DNA from: Lama guanicoe
Taxonomy: Eukaryota
Length of the DNA stretch: 64,000 bases
Direction of reading: 5' to 3'
Assembly: GCA_013239625.1 (NCBI GenBank)
Contig: MU053487.1
Coordinates: 1-64,000 of the forward strand
Each line of letters begins with the position of its first letter. Position 1 is the stretch's first letter. Below the pieces are notes generated by a model that saw only the letters and a program-made list of their open reading frames with translations, did no database searches and had not been told where the DNA came from. Below are positions 26,020 through 37,508 of the stretch, in pieces. The translations under genes were made by a program, and so were the position numbers.

Positions 26020-27335
26020 CAGCGTAAGTGCTGACCTCCTCCCAGTTCTCTGGTCTCTCCTCCTCACTCTTCATCATGTTTGTGTCTCTCAAAGACCAGC
26101 CTGAGGTCTTCGACTCTTCCTTCTGTGTCCTCTCTTTTTAGAGGACCTCACCCATTCACATGCAAATGATCTTATACATATATTTCCCCACCCAGCTTGT
26201 CCCTCTGAATTCCCCATCCATAATCTGACCTCCTCCTCTAGCACCTTCTCTCAGCTGTTCTCAAAGCCTCTCTGACTCAGCTGTCCAAATCCAAACTCAG
26301 GATCATGCTCTCCCAGCCCAAGCCCTCTCTTGAAATGTCTTCTTTCCATAAATGGTACCACCTGCCCAGCTGCAAGCCTGGAACCTCAGAGTCATCATCC
26401 GAGATACATCCTTCTCTTTAAACCCCCACATCCAATCTATCATTCCATCTTATAATTTAACATCAGATCTCTATCAAATAGTTGATGTCATCTCCACCTT
26501 GGGTACCACATCCCAGTCTCTCAGTGAAACTATGGTCCAGCCTCTGAGAGTTTCCCGGAATCCACAAGAACCGGCACCCAACCCTTCTGCACCCTGAGGT
26601 CATGGAGGCTTGTCACCACAGTCCTGCCATGTTGCTCTCCTGCTCTGGTGGGTCTCAACAGAGAGACAAAACCTTGCTGTGGTTTAACTGGCCTGTCCCA
26701 ATCTGGTCGCTACCCACTTTCTAGCCTTTTCTCTGTGTTCCATACATTTGGGTCCTTTATGAGTTCCTCACTCTTGCCATTTCCACTTCTAACCACATGG
26801 CCTTTGCACATGCTATCTCCTCTGCCTGGAAGGAGTTTCCCTCCATTTCTATCATGTTAATTCTTACTCATCCTTCATATCTCTTGTCAAGCATCACTTC
26901 CACAGGGAAAGCTTCCCTGACCTCCCTGATGAGGTCAAATGCTCCAATTATTATCAACCCCCATATTTCTTCTGATCACCTGTTGCAGCTGCAGTTTTAT
27001 CATTTAATTTGTTGGTTTTTTTATTCAATTTGGAAAAAAACTGGGGGGGGAGTGGGTAATTAGTTTTATTTTATTTATTTGTTTATTTTAACAGAGGTAC
27101 TGGAGATTGAACCTAGGACCTCATGCATGCTAAGTATGCACTCTATCATTGACTTACACCCTCCCCCACTTATCATTTAATTTGGATGATCATATGATTT
27201 GGGTCTGTCACCCCAACTAGACTGTATGTTCCATGAGGGCAAGAACAGTATCTGGATTCATTGATTATTGTATCCTTAGTGCCGGGAACACAAAGCTTGG
27301 ATGCATAGTACCACTAAAAAATGTTTGTTGAATGA
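26020..27335 (+). mobile_element. Decayed L2 fragments
   Basis: Pyrimidine-rich body ending aaatgtttgttgaatgaat. Confidence 0.6.
27035..27168 (-). mobile_element. tRNA-Ala-derived SINE
   Basis: Reverse SINE head and tail. Confidence 0.88.
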
Positions 27336-27940
27336 ATAACTGTCATGATAAACTCATCGAGGATGAAAACAGGACTTAAAGACACTGGAGAAGACAACGA
27401 TGAAGGAAGACATGCTAATGTCTTCAAAGAATAAAGAGCAGGGAGGCAGTAAAGTGGCCAAGGGAGAGCTGAGGAGCCTACAGACAGCAGTGGATGCCCC
27501 CAGGGCATGGGACACTATCACATGGAGGTGGGGATTTCTGGGAGTATGGAGTTAGGCATGAACAAGAGGAAAGAGGCTCCTCTAGAGATTCACCCCTTTG
27601 CTTGGACAAGATTTCCTTCAGGATAAAGAGGAAGTGTTCCTCCTAGTCAGTATCTAAGGGGACTCCAATTTTTCTTAGGAAAAGCAGGAGAGCTGTCATT
27701 CACTAAAGGAAGTTGTCAGTCAACGAAAATGGGGTCAATGGGGAACCTTCAAGCAGGCCATTGCATCCCAGAGATGGGCCGTGGCCCCGCACCCGAGGAC
27801 CAGCTGCAAGCTCACAGGAAGCCCTCCACTCCCAGACTGCCACCCAGCATCCCGGTAGCAGCTTGTTTTGATTTGTTATCAGAGCCTGAAAACCAGATGT
27901 CTGTGGCCTGGAGTCAAACATTTCCCATGAAGACACATAC

Positions 27941-28195
27941 CTTGGTCCACCCAGGAAATTGGATAAAGGTGTCCCGAGGCAAGTCAGGGATCCCCTTGGG
28001 AATCGAGAAGTTAGCCACGTAGAAGGCGGGGGCTGTGAGGTTAGACGAGCCGTGGGCACAGGCTTTGTCGCGGCAGCCACCGTCACGGCCATTCCAGGCC
28101 TCCAGGCTGCTACGAACTGCGTTCTCTGTGTCCAGCGGGAAGATCTCCCAGTTGATGAGGATACTGGAATTAAGGGTCAGGTTCGAAACAAGACC
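27941..28195 (-). CDS. GLB1: GLB1 exon 15 (255 bp): [85 protein letters not shown]
   Basis: tacag acceptor, gtatgt donor; manual translation with no stop (not in the ORF track). Confidence 0.97.
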
Positions 28196-29706
28196 CTGTA
28201 AAGGAGAAACAGAGCAGTGAGGGTGGGAGGAGGCTTCCAGTGACTCAGCGGTCTGGCCCTGGGAATTCCTGGGAAGAGCAAACTGGTAGATGAAACAACA
28301 CCAACAGGAAATGAGACTCCCACTGTGTGCACCTCAAAGTGACACAGATCTGGCTGGAGGCCAGAGCTTCTGACCCCAAATCCCCAGTTTTCAGGGTTTG
28401 GTGCAGAGCCCTGGCTAGCATGGAGGAAAGATGAAATCTGAGTTTGGGAGAGTAAACGGAATGGGGGATGCAAGAGAATGTCCTGCCTACAGTTAAAGGA
28501 AAGAAAGGACTGTGGCGAGGATGAAGGTGAGCCTCAGCCCTGCGTTCTAAAGTTATCTGTCCAGCGGGGTCAGGGGCCTGGGGTATCCGTGGCACCGGCC
28601 ACTGCATCGAAGCCTCTGCTCCAGGCTCATCTGTCTTCCTCTTCCCATAGGGTCCATCCCGGTGGGATCCCACATTTGTCCCAGGACACCTCTCAATACC
28701 AAGCCTCAACTGCCCAGTTGGGAATTCAATCAGATTCACCAGGCAGCGTGTGCCAGGCTCTCTGCTGGGTCCTGGGGACTCGGAGACAGCAAGTCAGTGT
28801 GGTCTGGGACAGCCAAGCAGGAAGGCCACTTCTTGAGCACTGCATCGGGACATTTCTACTGGGGACAAAAGTGGCCCTGGCATGGCCGTTCCCTAAGAGT
28901 GTAACTGCCTTGCCTCCGAGGTGCCTCCAGGAGGGTCAGGAAATCACCCCAGACACCCGTCCTGTCCCAGGCGAATGCTGCCCTCGCTCCCTCGGCGCAG
29001 CCCTCTCTCCTCTTGCAGATAGTGAGCAACCCACGTGGAGCCTGTGTCTCAGCGCCTCAGCATCTCTGCATTCCCCAAAGCGCCTCACGGAGCACCGGCA
29101 TAGGGCACAGGTTTCACAAATGTTTGCTGAACAACACTCTCAAAATGCGTATTAGAAAAACGTATTCGGACTAGACGCCTAGGCATAGAGTAACTGACAG
29201 AGGTGAGAGGCAGTGCACCGAGGTAAAGGCTTTCTACAATTTAAGAGTTTGTCCCAGTTCGTCCACACCCAGAAATCAGAGCAGACCAAACGCCAGGCTG
29301 GCTCTGTCGACAAAGGAGTGCCTTGTGCGAGCTAGGTGCGTCTTTTTAAGCCAAGGGGATGCACAGTGCAGTGGCTTCCTCCTCCTGTTTCTTTCTAAAG
29401 GATGACTGAACTCAAACGCGGGGTTAGGGTTCTGTTTGCAAAGCTCCACTTTCTCATCGCCTGCAAAGGGAAACAGGTCTTCAAAATAACCCAGCTTCTA
29501 GGCTGCAAAACAAATCAGGGTAGGCTCACTCATCAAATGTGGCAAAGTGTGTGTGCTTTTAAAAACTGCTTCTATGTGAACAGGGCTGGAGGGAAAGGAT
29601 GTAGTTAGGAGAGTTTTTCCATGGATTTACAAAAACTCCCCCCAGTGGCTTTGGCATAGTCTGGTCAACCTCTGAACCTCACTCGTAAAAGCGAGGCTGG
29701 GTCTAC

Positions 29707-29838
29707 CTTAAAATCGTTGATAGCATTGCCGTAGTTCACACGCCCCATGTTCTCCACGAGGAGGTCCAGGGTGTCTCCAGCTTTCCCCGTTATGTTCAAG
29801 GTGCTCACAGTATTTCGCTCGAGGACTCCCTGGAGGAC
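29707..29838 (-). CDS. GLB1: GLB1 exon 14 (132 bp): [44 protein letters not shown]
   Basis: Within ORF 29665..29964; cgcag acceptor, gtagac donor; [12 protein letters not shown] motif. Confidence 0.98.
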
Positions 29839-30070
29839 CTGCGGGTTCAGTGTTGAAGGAGAATTAACTCGGGTGGGAGGGTCCGCAGAGGCAGCCCTCT
29901 CAGTTAACTCAGCATTCATTCTCCTGCCTTGAGAACACTCTGATGCCTCCTTTGCCCAAGTCACTGGCCAGATGGCCAGGTTCCTACGATCACTGCTCTC
30001 TACAGTGGAATGTCACCAGACTCAGCTCCCAGCAAGGAAGGGGCGAGGCTCGGTTCCTTGGCTCCGGAAT

Positions 30071-30354
30071 ATTCTTTGTTTTGTTTTGTTTTAATTTTTT
30101 TATTGAAACGTAGTTGATTTACAATGTTAGTTTCAGGTGTACAGCAAAGTGATTCAGTTGTGCATATACATACCTACATAGTTTTTCCTTTCAGATTCCT
30201 TTCCATTATATGTTATTACAAGAAATTGAATAGTTCCCTGTGCTCCACAGTAGGTCCTTGTTGTTCATCTATTTTATACATAGTGATGTGTGTCTGTTAA
30301 TCCCCAGCCCCTGATTTTTCCCGCCCAGCCCTTTCCCCTTCGGTAGCCACAGTG
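30071..30354 (-). mobile_element. 5'-truncated artiodactyl-type L1 3' end
   Basis: TSD ggctccggaat at 30060-30070 and 30355-30365; T-rich tail. Confidence 0.85.
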
Positions 30355-30786
30355 GGCTCCGGAATGTTTTGCTGCGCATCTATGTTTAACAGAGAGGGAA
30401 CGGAGGCAAAGGTTCCAGGGAGGATTTCCAGGACAGGAACCACTTCATGTTCTCACAGCACACAAGGCCATCACAAAAAGTAGCTTCTAAAGAACATGGA
30501 GAGATGTGACAAAAATCAGATAAACGAGATAAAATCAGAGAGTTAGGTGGAGTAGTCTCACCTCAGAGTACCTGATATGATGCATTAACCACAAAGATTA
30601 AATAATAAAACGAGGAGGAAACATCAGATATTTTAGCAGCAACATACTCCTAATTTTTGAAAAAAATGCAAGATTGAAAAAAAATGATGTTACACTGACC
30701 ATCGTTCACTAAGACAACCTCCAAACTGGAATTTTAGACACAATTGCCATCCGCATATGCATCGTGTGTTAGAAACTTGCTCCCAC

Positions 30787-30900
30787 GGGGGGCAGGGTAT
30801 ATGGCTCAGTGGTGGAGCACGTGCTCAGCATGCATGAGGTCCTGGGTTCAATCCCCAGTACCTCCATTAAAAAGAATACAATAAAATACTATTAAAAAAG
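30787..30900 (+). mobile_element. tRNA-Ala-derived SINE
   Basis: Head and A-rich tail. Confidence 0.88.
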
Positions 30901-31299
30901 AATATTGAAAAAGAAAAGAAGGTAACTTCTCAGGCAGGATGGAGGCACAAAGGTCAATGAATCCAGGCTCCAGTGTGTACAAAGCAGACCCTGTCCTCCA
31001 GGAGCAAGGAAGACACAGGTGACATCTGCGGTCAGCCAGAGGGGACGGCCCCGGACTGGGGAGACCAGGAAGGCTTCCGAGGAGGTGGGGCCTTGCGCAC
31101 AGCCCACAGTTGGGACAGGGAGAGGGTGGGTCTCAGGCAGACAGAGCAAGAGTGAGGCTGCATCTGCAAGCAAATGGCACAGCTAAGGGGCACCTTCAGG
31201 AAGGGTGGAGCCTGAGGTTGGAAATGCAGCAACGGCCTTGACGGTCATGTTACCAAGTGCAGCCCCCAACCCACCCACAAGTCCAGAGAGAATCCTTAC

Positions 31300-31413
31300 C
31301 CCGTTCACCGAGACGTAGGCCCGATCGTGGACACCATTGGAGGGTGAAGAGAGTGGGGTTGGGCTGCTGTAGTTTTGAGGAAGTGTGGTTCGGTACAGCA
31401 CAAACCCAAAATA
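31300..31413 (-). CDS. GLB1: GLB1 exon 13 (114 bp): [38 protein letters not shown]
   Basis: Overlaps ORF 31183..31401; accag acceptor, gtaagg donor. Confidence 0.97.
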
Positions 31414-33039
31414 CTGGTCAGAAAAGGATGCAAGAAAAACACATCACTCTTGCTGTTCACGTTCAGAGAACCTGGCCCCTCTCAATCTGGGTGAAAGAGA
31501 TGTTTCTAGAATCATAGACGTGAAATGCTTCCCCCGCCTCGGCAAAAATTCAATCTGAAAGGAGGGAACCAGCTTAAATTCTCAGATCACGGGTAACTAT
31601 CGCAGCAGCAAACTGCAAGGAGGCCTGAAGAGCATTTTGTCAAGCACCCCTCCCCTCTCACTCCAGGCAACTGGACCCTGGCAAGTGTTCAGTGACTTCC
31701 CAGAATCCCTCAGGGGGATCCGAGCCTATGTACCAAAAGGCTATTTAATTTACCTCAAAAACCAAAACCAAAAGACAAACAACAGAGCCAAGAATGTTTG
31801 GTAAAACATTCTCCAGGTACATTGGCCTAAATCTGGCCTAACGTACAAAACAAGAGTCAATCAGAAACCGTTTGAAGTGGAGGAGCGGGGTGAGGCGGGA
31901 GGAGGGGCAGGCAGTGAGCAATGGAGGGGGTGTAACCTGCTGCTAAGTCAGAAAGTACTTTGAGATGCTGGGATCCTGGTCCAAAAGGACGGCCCCAACA
32001 GCCAGCCTCGGCAGCAAGAGTCCCCACAGCCTCCGTTAGTGGCTTCCTGCTGTGGCCATCAGCTGGGGAAGCTGGACAAATCCTGACTCACAAAGGGAAT
32101 CCAAATGGAAATCTGGCACGGAACAGGGGCAAAGTTCCTCATTCCTAGGGTCTGGAAAGCAAGAAAGTGCAGCGCAGGCAAGTGGAGCTGAAGAAAACCG
32201 TTAACCCACATTCCTGGGCTGCAGGAAAGGGCTGAACTCAAGAAACACCAAAGGTGTCGCTTCCAAACCTCTAAGCACAAGGGTGCCTCCCTCCCAGACC
32301 CCACATCTCCATCTCTGTCTTGTTTTTTAGTTTTTAAAGTACCAAAATGGTAAGTCCTAACTCAGAGACTGAGGAAAACTTTGCAAGGGGTTTCCAGGAG
32401 GTCAGCAGAAGCCAGGGTGCGCCCTACAGAGGTGGGGCTGAGACCTCTGGGGACGGGGCAAGGGAGCAATGGCAGGGGTACCCGCCTGGGGGTTCTCTGG
32501 AAATAAACCTCCCATGGGCTTGCCACAGACCTGGAACAGCCAGGGCCTGGGAGCCTCACCCGATCTGAGCACACTGTGTAGGCCCAAGACGAGAGAGCAG
32601 AGGGCCTCTGCGAAAGAACAATGGCTGCAAATGTCTATACATTAACCTGGGATTTACTCCCCAGGTTCCGACTGCTCTGTGTCTGTGTCTCGTCTGATAG
32701 GCTCACTGGCCCTGCTCAGGGGAGAAAGCAGGTGGGTGGATTACCTGTGTGTACAGCCAGGTGCACTGGAGCTGGAGAAAGAGCTCTACCCCACGTTCAT
32801 TTTAAAAAGGGACTACTAACAAGTATTTATTTTTATTTATCACAAAGCAGTGCTGTTGGAATAAAATCACAAGTATAGTAATAGTAACTGGAGGCAAAAC
32901 ACACTAAAGGAAGATTAGATACGCTATTGTCATGTCGCCCTGCAGAAGGAGACCTCCATGGAAAGTCAGAAAGGGGGACCCAGGTAAGTTTCCATTTCAG
33001 CAAATGGGGCTGAGATCCTAACTAAGGGATCGCACGTAA

Positions 33040-33695
33040 CATCAAAACAAAGGGACAGAGTGAGCTCGTGGGCATCCTGATCGGGTGCCCTGAAAAGAAC
33101 ACACCACTGCTGTGTTTGTACCAAAAATGTTTCACTGGATCTAACCAGTGAGGGGCAGTCTACACAGTGACTGGGCTGAACTCTTTAGAAATGTCCATGT
33201 TTTGGGAAAGAGAGCGAGAGGAAAAAAAAAAGAAGAAAAGAAAAGAAAAGAAGAAGACTCAAGAACAGTTTCACATGAAAAAAGACTAAATGCAGTCGGT
33301 GACTGTGGACCAGAAACTGGACTGAAAAAAACGAAGCTATGAAGGACATCACTGGAGTGAGCAGGGACACCTGACTGTCGAATATATATCAGAGGATAGG
33401 ACTGTGTCAATGTGAAATTTCTTGAGGGTGATCATTACTTGTGGTCATGGAAGATCAAATTCTTCTTAAAAGATACAGGCTATAATATTTAGAGGTGAAG
33501 TGTCATGATGTTGACAACTAACTCAGATGGTTTAAAAAAAAAAGAGGGGGTTGACTGCCTACATACACAGAGAAAGATGAAGCAAGTGAAGTGACTGTTA
33601 ACACTTGGTAAATCTAGATGAAAGCTCCACGGGTGTTTGTTGTGTCTTCCTGCAACTTTTTTTAGATTTGAAATTTTCCAAAATAAAAAGGTGGG
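33040..33695 (+). mobile_element. Old L1MC/MD-like 3' UTR fragment
   Basis: ggtgaagtgtcatgatg...tttgaaattttccaaaataaaa. Confidence 0.6.
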
Positions 33696-33811
33696 GAAAT
33701 TTTTTACAACAAAGATGGGGCAGTGCCTGGAGATTAAACACACACACACACACCCACACACAATGTATTCTGTTCTTGTTCTCTTCAAAAGCAGGAAAAA
33801 GAATCTCTAAG

Positions 33812-33968
33812 AGGGAGGAGGGTATAGCTCAGTTGTAGAGCACATGCTTAGCCCACATGAGCTCCTGGGTTCAGTCCCTAGTCCCTCCATTATAAATAAA
33901 TAAATAAAGACCTAATTACCACTCACCCTGAAAAAAAATTTTTTAACTCCTAATTAAAAAAAAAAAAG
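33812..33968 (+). mobile_element. tRNA-Ala-derived SINE
   Basis: TSD aagaatctctaaga. Confidence 0.92.
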
Positions 33969-34355
33969 AAGAATCTCTAAGAACCTAATCTATTAAGAAC
34001 ATAGTCCCAAATAATTGTCTTTTTTGAGCATGAAAATAGTGGTTTTCCTCTGATACCTAGTAATAAAGATTATGTCAACAATACACTCAATTTATCACTT
34101 GTACAGCCTTATGTTGAAGCAGGTTGAGCTCCTCCCACTCTGAGTGATAATAAGAAACGGAGGCGGCGAGCAATATAGGAAAGATCAGCCCACTGTGCAG
34201 TACTTAGAGCCTGGAGTCCCATGGTTACGTACGTGGGGTCTGACTTATCTGCTTACCGTTTTGGTCCCTGCATTCAGAACAGGCACGGCAAGGCAGAGCG
34301 CAAAGTGCGTTTCTCAAGTAGAAAAAAGGAGGAAGCATGATCTTTGAAGACTTAC

Positions 34356-34445
34356 CTGTTTCACCTGGACGAATGTTAATGGATAAATGCTTTTTATGGG
34401 TCCAAAGGGACACAGGATGTTCAGAGCTTCCTGCACTGTCTTTAA
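34356..34445 (-). CDS. GLB1: GLB1 exon 12 (90 bp): [30 protein letters not shown]
   Basis: ttcag acceptor, gtaagt donor; manual translation. Confidence 0.97.
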
Positions 34446-34655
34446 CTGAAAAGAAACAGAAGCAGCATTCACTCACTGTCACCGCTCTCTGGTCATCACA
34501 GCAGAGAATTATGTCCTTAGCCAAGACAGTGGACTTGACCAAACCTCCAAATAAACTGAAATGGTCCCAGTTCCACTCAGTGCTGTTCCCCCACCACCTT
34601 CAATCAATTCCATCCACTCACTGACTCTGGATGAAAAGTAACCGATGATAATCTT

Positions 34656-35373
34656 TTTTTTTTTGATAGTGATAAGAAAAACTAAGAGCATAAAGGGCTC
34701 CTATCTTATTATCTATTTTTTTTGATTTGGAATTACAGCTTCACTGAGGTAAAACTGACAGTAAATGTCACATATTTAAAGTGTACAATTTGACAAATTT
34801 TGACACATATATACATTCTTGAAAGCATGACGACAATCAAGAAAACAAATATAACCATTTTCTCCAACGCGGTTCTTGTGTGTCTTTGGTTTTGCTTTTT
34901 GTTTTTTGTTTTTTTGGTCGACAAATTAAAATGATGCACTTCTTGTTTGGGTGGCCTATTGTGTTCTTGTTTTTTGTTTTTTTAATTGAAGTATAGTTGG
35001 TTTACAACATTGTATTAATTTTCAGTGTACAGCATAGTGATTCAGTTTTATATATATATATATTCCTTTTCATATTATTTTTCATTATAGGCCATTACAA
35101 GGTATTGAAAATAGTTCCCTGTGCTGTACAGTAGGACCTTGTTGTTTATCTATTTTATACCTATTAGCTAGTATCCGCAAATCCCAAACTCCCAATTTAT
35201 CCTTTCCATCCCCTTTCCCCCGGTGCCACAAGTTTGTTTTCTACGTCTGTGAGTCTGTTTCTGTTTTGTAAATACGTTCATTGATGTCATTTTTTTAGAT
35301 TCCACATATGAGGGATATCATATGGTATTTTTCCTTCTCCTTCTGGCTTACTTCACTTAGTATGACAATCATG
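34656..35373 (-). mobile_element. 5'-truncated L1 (about 34970-35373) carrying extra 3' sequence
   Basis: ORF2 C-terminus ILSEVSQKEKEKYHMISLICGI; 12-bp TSD gatgataatctt; poly(T) at 34654-34664. Confidence 0.8.
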
Positions 35374-36157
35374 GATGATAATCTTAAAGACTGGCAAACA
35401 CACCTATTTGCAAATACAGTCTCCCATATATAAAAGGCCCTTAAAATGCATGAAAGCCCACGTAGCTCCAATGGCGCCCTGCTCTGAATCCGCGGTGGAT
35501 TTCCCATGCCTGTGGGTATCACTCACCATTTTATCTCCTTGCCGTCTTTGCTGACTGTCAGCTCCTTAAAGGCAAGGTCTGTACTGTGTTCACCCCCAGG
35601 GCCCAGAACACAGTAGACAAACTCGAGAAATACTTATTCCAGCCAGCCTAAATGACTGGGTATCCCTGCAAGCCCTGGATGCTTATTCTGATGCAGTAAC
35701 AACGGTGATAACAGCTACGAGCACTGTGTGCCCCTCCAGACCCCAGGGGAGACGGCACTTTACCCGCACATCTCACTGAACCCCCACAACACCTGGCGAG
35801 GCGGGCATCCCTGTCCCCTTGTTACAGGGAAGAGGAAACAGGGACTCAGAACAGCTCACTTGAGTCACGGCACAGGCAGGATCTGCAACTGGGTTCAGCT
35901 CCAAACCTGGGACTCTCCCCGACAGGATGCTGGTTAAGAATTTTATAAACATGCTCCATGGTTACCTCACTGACATGCAGCATGGAAGAAAAACATCTTA
36001 AGCCCAATCTCATCAATTCGGCTACTCGGATGGGTGTTTTCCCACTTGGGCAGCTAAAGGAACCCAAGTCATGATGAAAGTTTTTACCCTGTATGACTAT
36101 GTTCTACATAAACTTAATTCAGTCATATGCCAATTTGCTATCTAAAAATTGTCTTGA

Positions 36158-36290
36158 GGGGGTAGGGTATAGCTCAGTGGTAGAGTGCATGCTTAGCAAG
36201 CAAGAGGTTCTAGGTTCAATTCTCAGTACCTCCACTGAAATAAATAAATAAACCTAATTACCTCCCCCACCAAAAAAATAAAATTAAAGT
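36158..36290 (+). mobile_element. tRNA-Ala-derived SINE
   Basis: Head and tail. Confidence 0.9.
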
Positions 36291-37433
36291 GTATATATTT
36301 AGTAAACAAAGAAAAGCTATTTCTTGCCTCACGATTTTCCTTCAGGGTAAACAGAATGTGCTTTGGGGACTACGGTAGCTTTGTTTTAGCAACGTTGCTG
36401 CTTTAAACATTTGCAGTTATTTTCTGCGGCATAAAAATAAATCTTTCTTTCACAGTTCTGAACACACAAACCTACCCTTTTCTCAAGCAACAGGATCAAT
36501 GAACGAGTAAAAAGTGCTCCCTTTATAAGGGTGATTAAAGTCTGATTAATCTAAAGAAAGATTCCTATCGGGCAGACAGATTACATTCTTTGAAGAATGC
36601 AACACACATAACTGACACTAGGTGGAAAAAGTAACCACAGTTCAACCAACCGTAATATCAAAGGGGTTCATGAATGGAAACACTATACAATCACGCAATC
36701 ATGTTTGGCATTTTTGCTTAAAGATAAAAACTTCTGATGCTATTTTAGAATATAAAGATTCTTAAGAAATAGGTACCTCTTCTTTTTTTCTTGTGAGTTA
36801 ACCCACGTAGGAGTTAGGGATTCTAACAGGGGAAAACCTGAAGACACAGATGGTCAAAACAAATTGACTTGGACCTACGTCACTCCTGACTATCAAATGG
36901 AACCTCTTGTCTTTTCTTCTTTCCCTAGAAAAAAATGCCCTTCACTCATATTTATGCTTCATTTCTATTGTTTCCCCCTGATGTCCCATTTACCAAATAA
37001 ATCACGGGCCACAAAAATGAAAACATCATTTTGAGACGCAGGGAAGTGTATAATTCAGGGCAAAGACCTATCAGAATTTCTGTGGGTTTTGAGAACCCAT
37101 TAAAAAAGGGGGAACTACAGAAAAGAACACGACCAGCCATAACAACAAGGTGACGCTATTCCCACCAGGGCTCCTAGTGCTGCTTTTGACATTGGTAATG
37201 AACCAAAATGATCTAAGAGCGTCCCACGTGCTCACCCATCAGCACACTCACACATCCTCTCATCTCCCATGCCCCGTTTTCCCAGAAGCATTATCCACCC
37301 CCATCAGTCTCACAGAAAACAAATTCACAGAAGAACAATAAACCAGTCCCCGAGCCTCACACTTTCACTTAAAACTGCTAAATCCCACTTCCTCACTCAC
37401 AAGGTTTCTGTCTTTTTTTTTTTCCCCTCTTAC

Positions 37434-37508
37434 CTTTTTCAGAGTAACTTTTCCATATGCAAACTTTGGTGTGGATGGAGGGATAGGACCTTCTGGTACT
37501 TTTTCAAA
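37434..37508 (-). CDS. GLB1: GLB1 exon 11 (75 bp): [25 protein letters not shown]
   Basis: tatag acceptor, gtaaga donor; manual translation. Confidence 0.97.

Noticed and set aside
28478..29155. 225-aa plus-strand ORF antisense in intron 14
   Set aside because: No recognisable homology or splice structure; GC-rich intron that ends in L2-like sequence.
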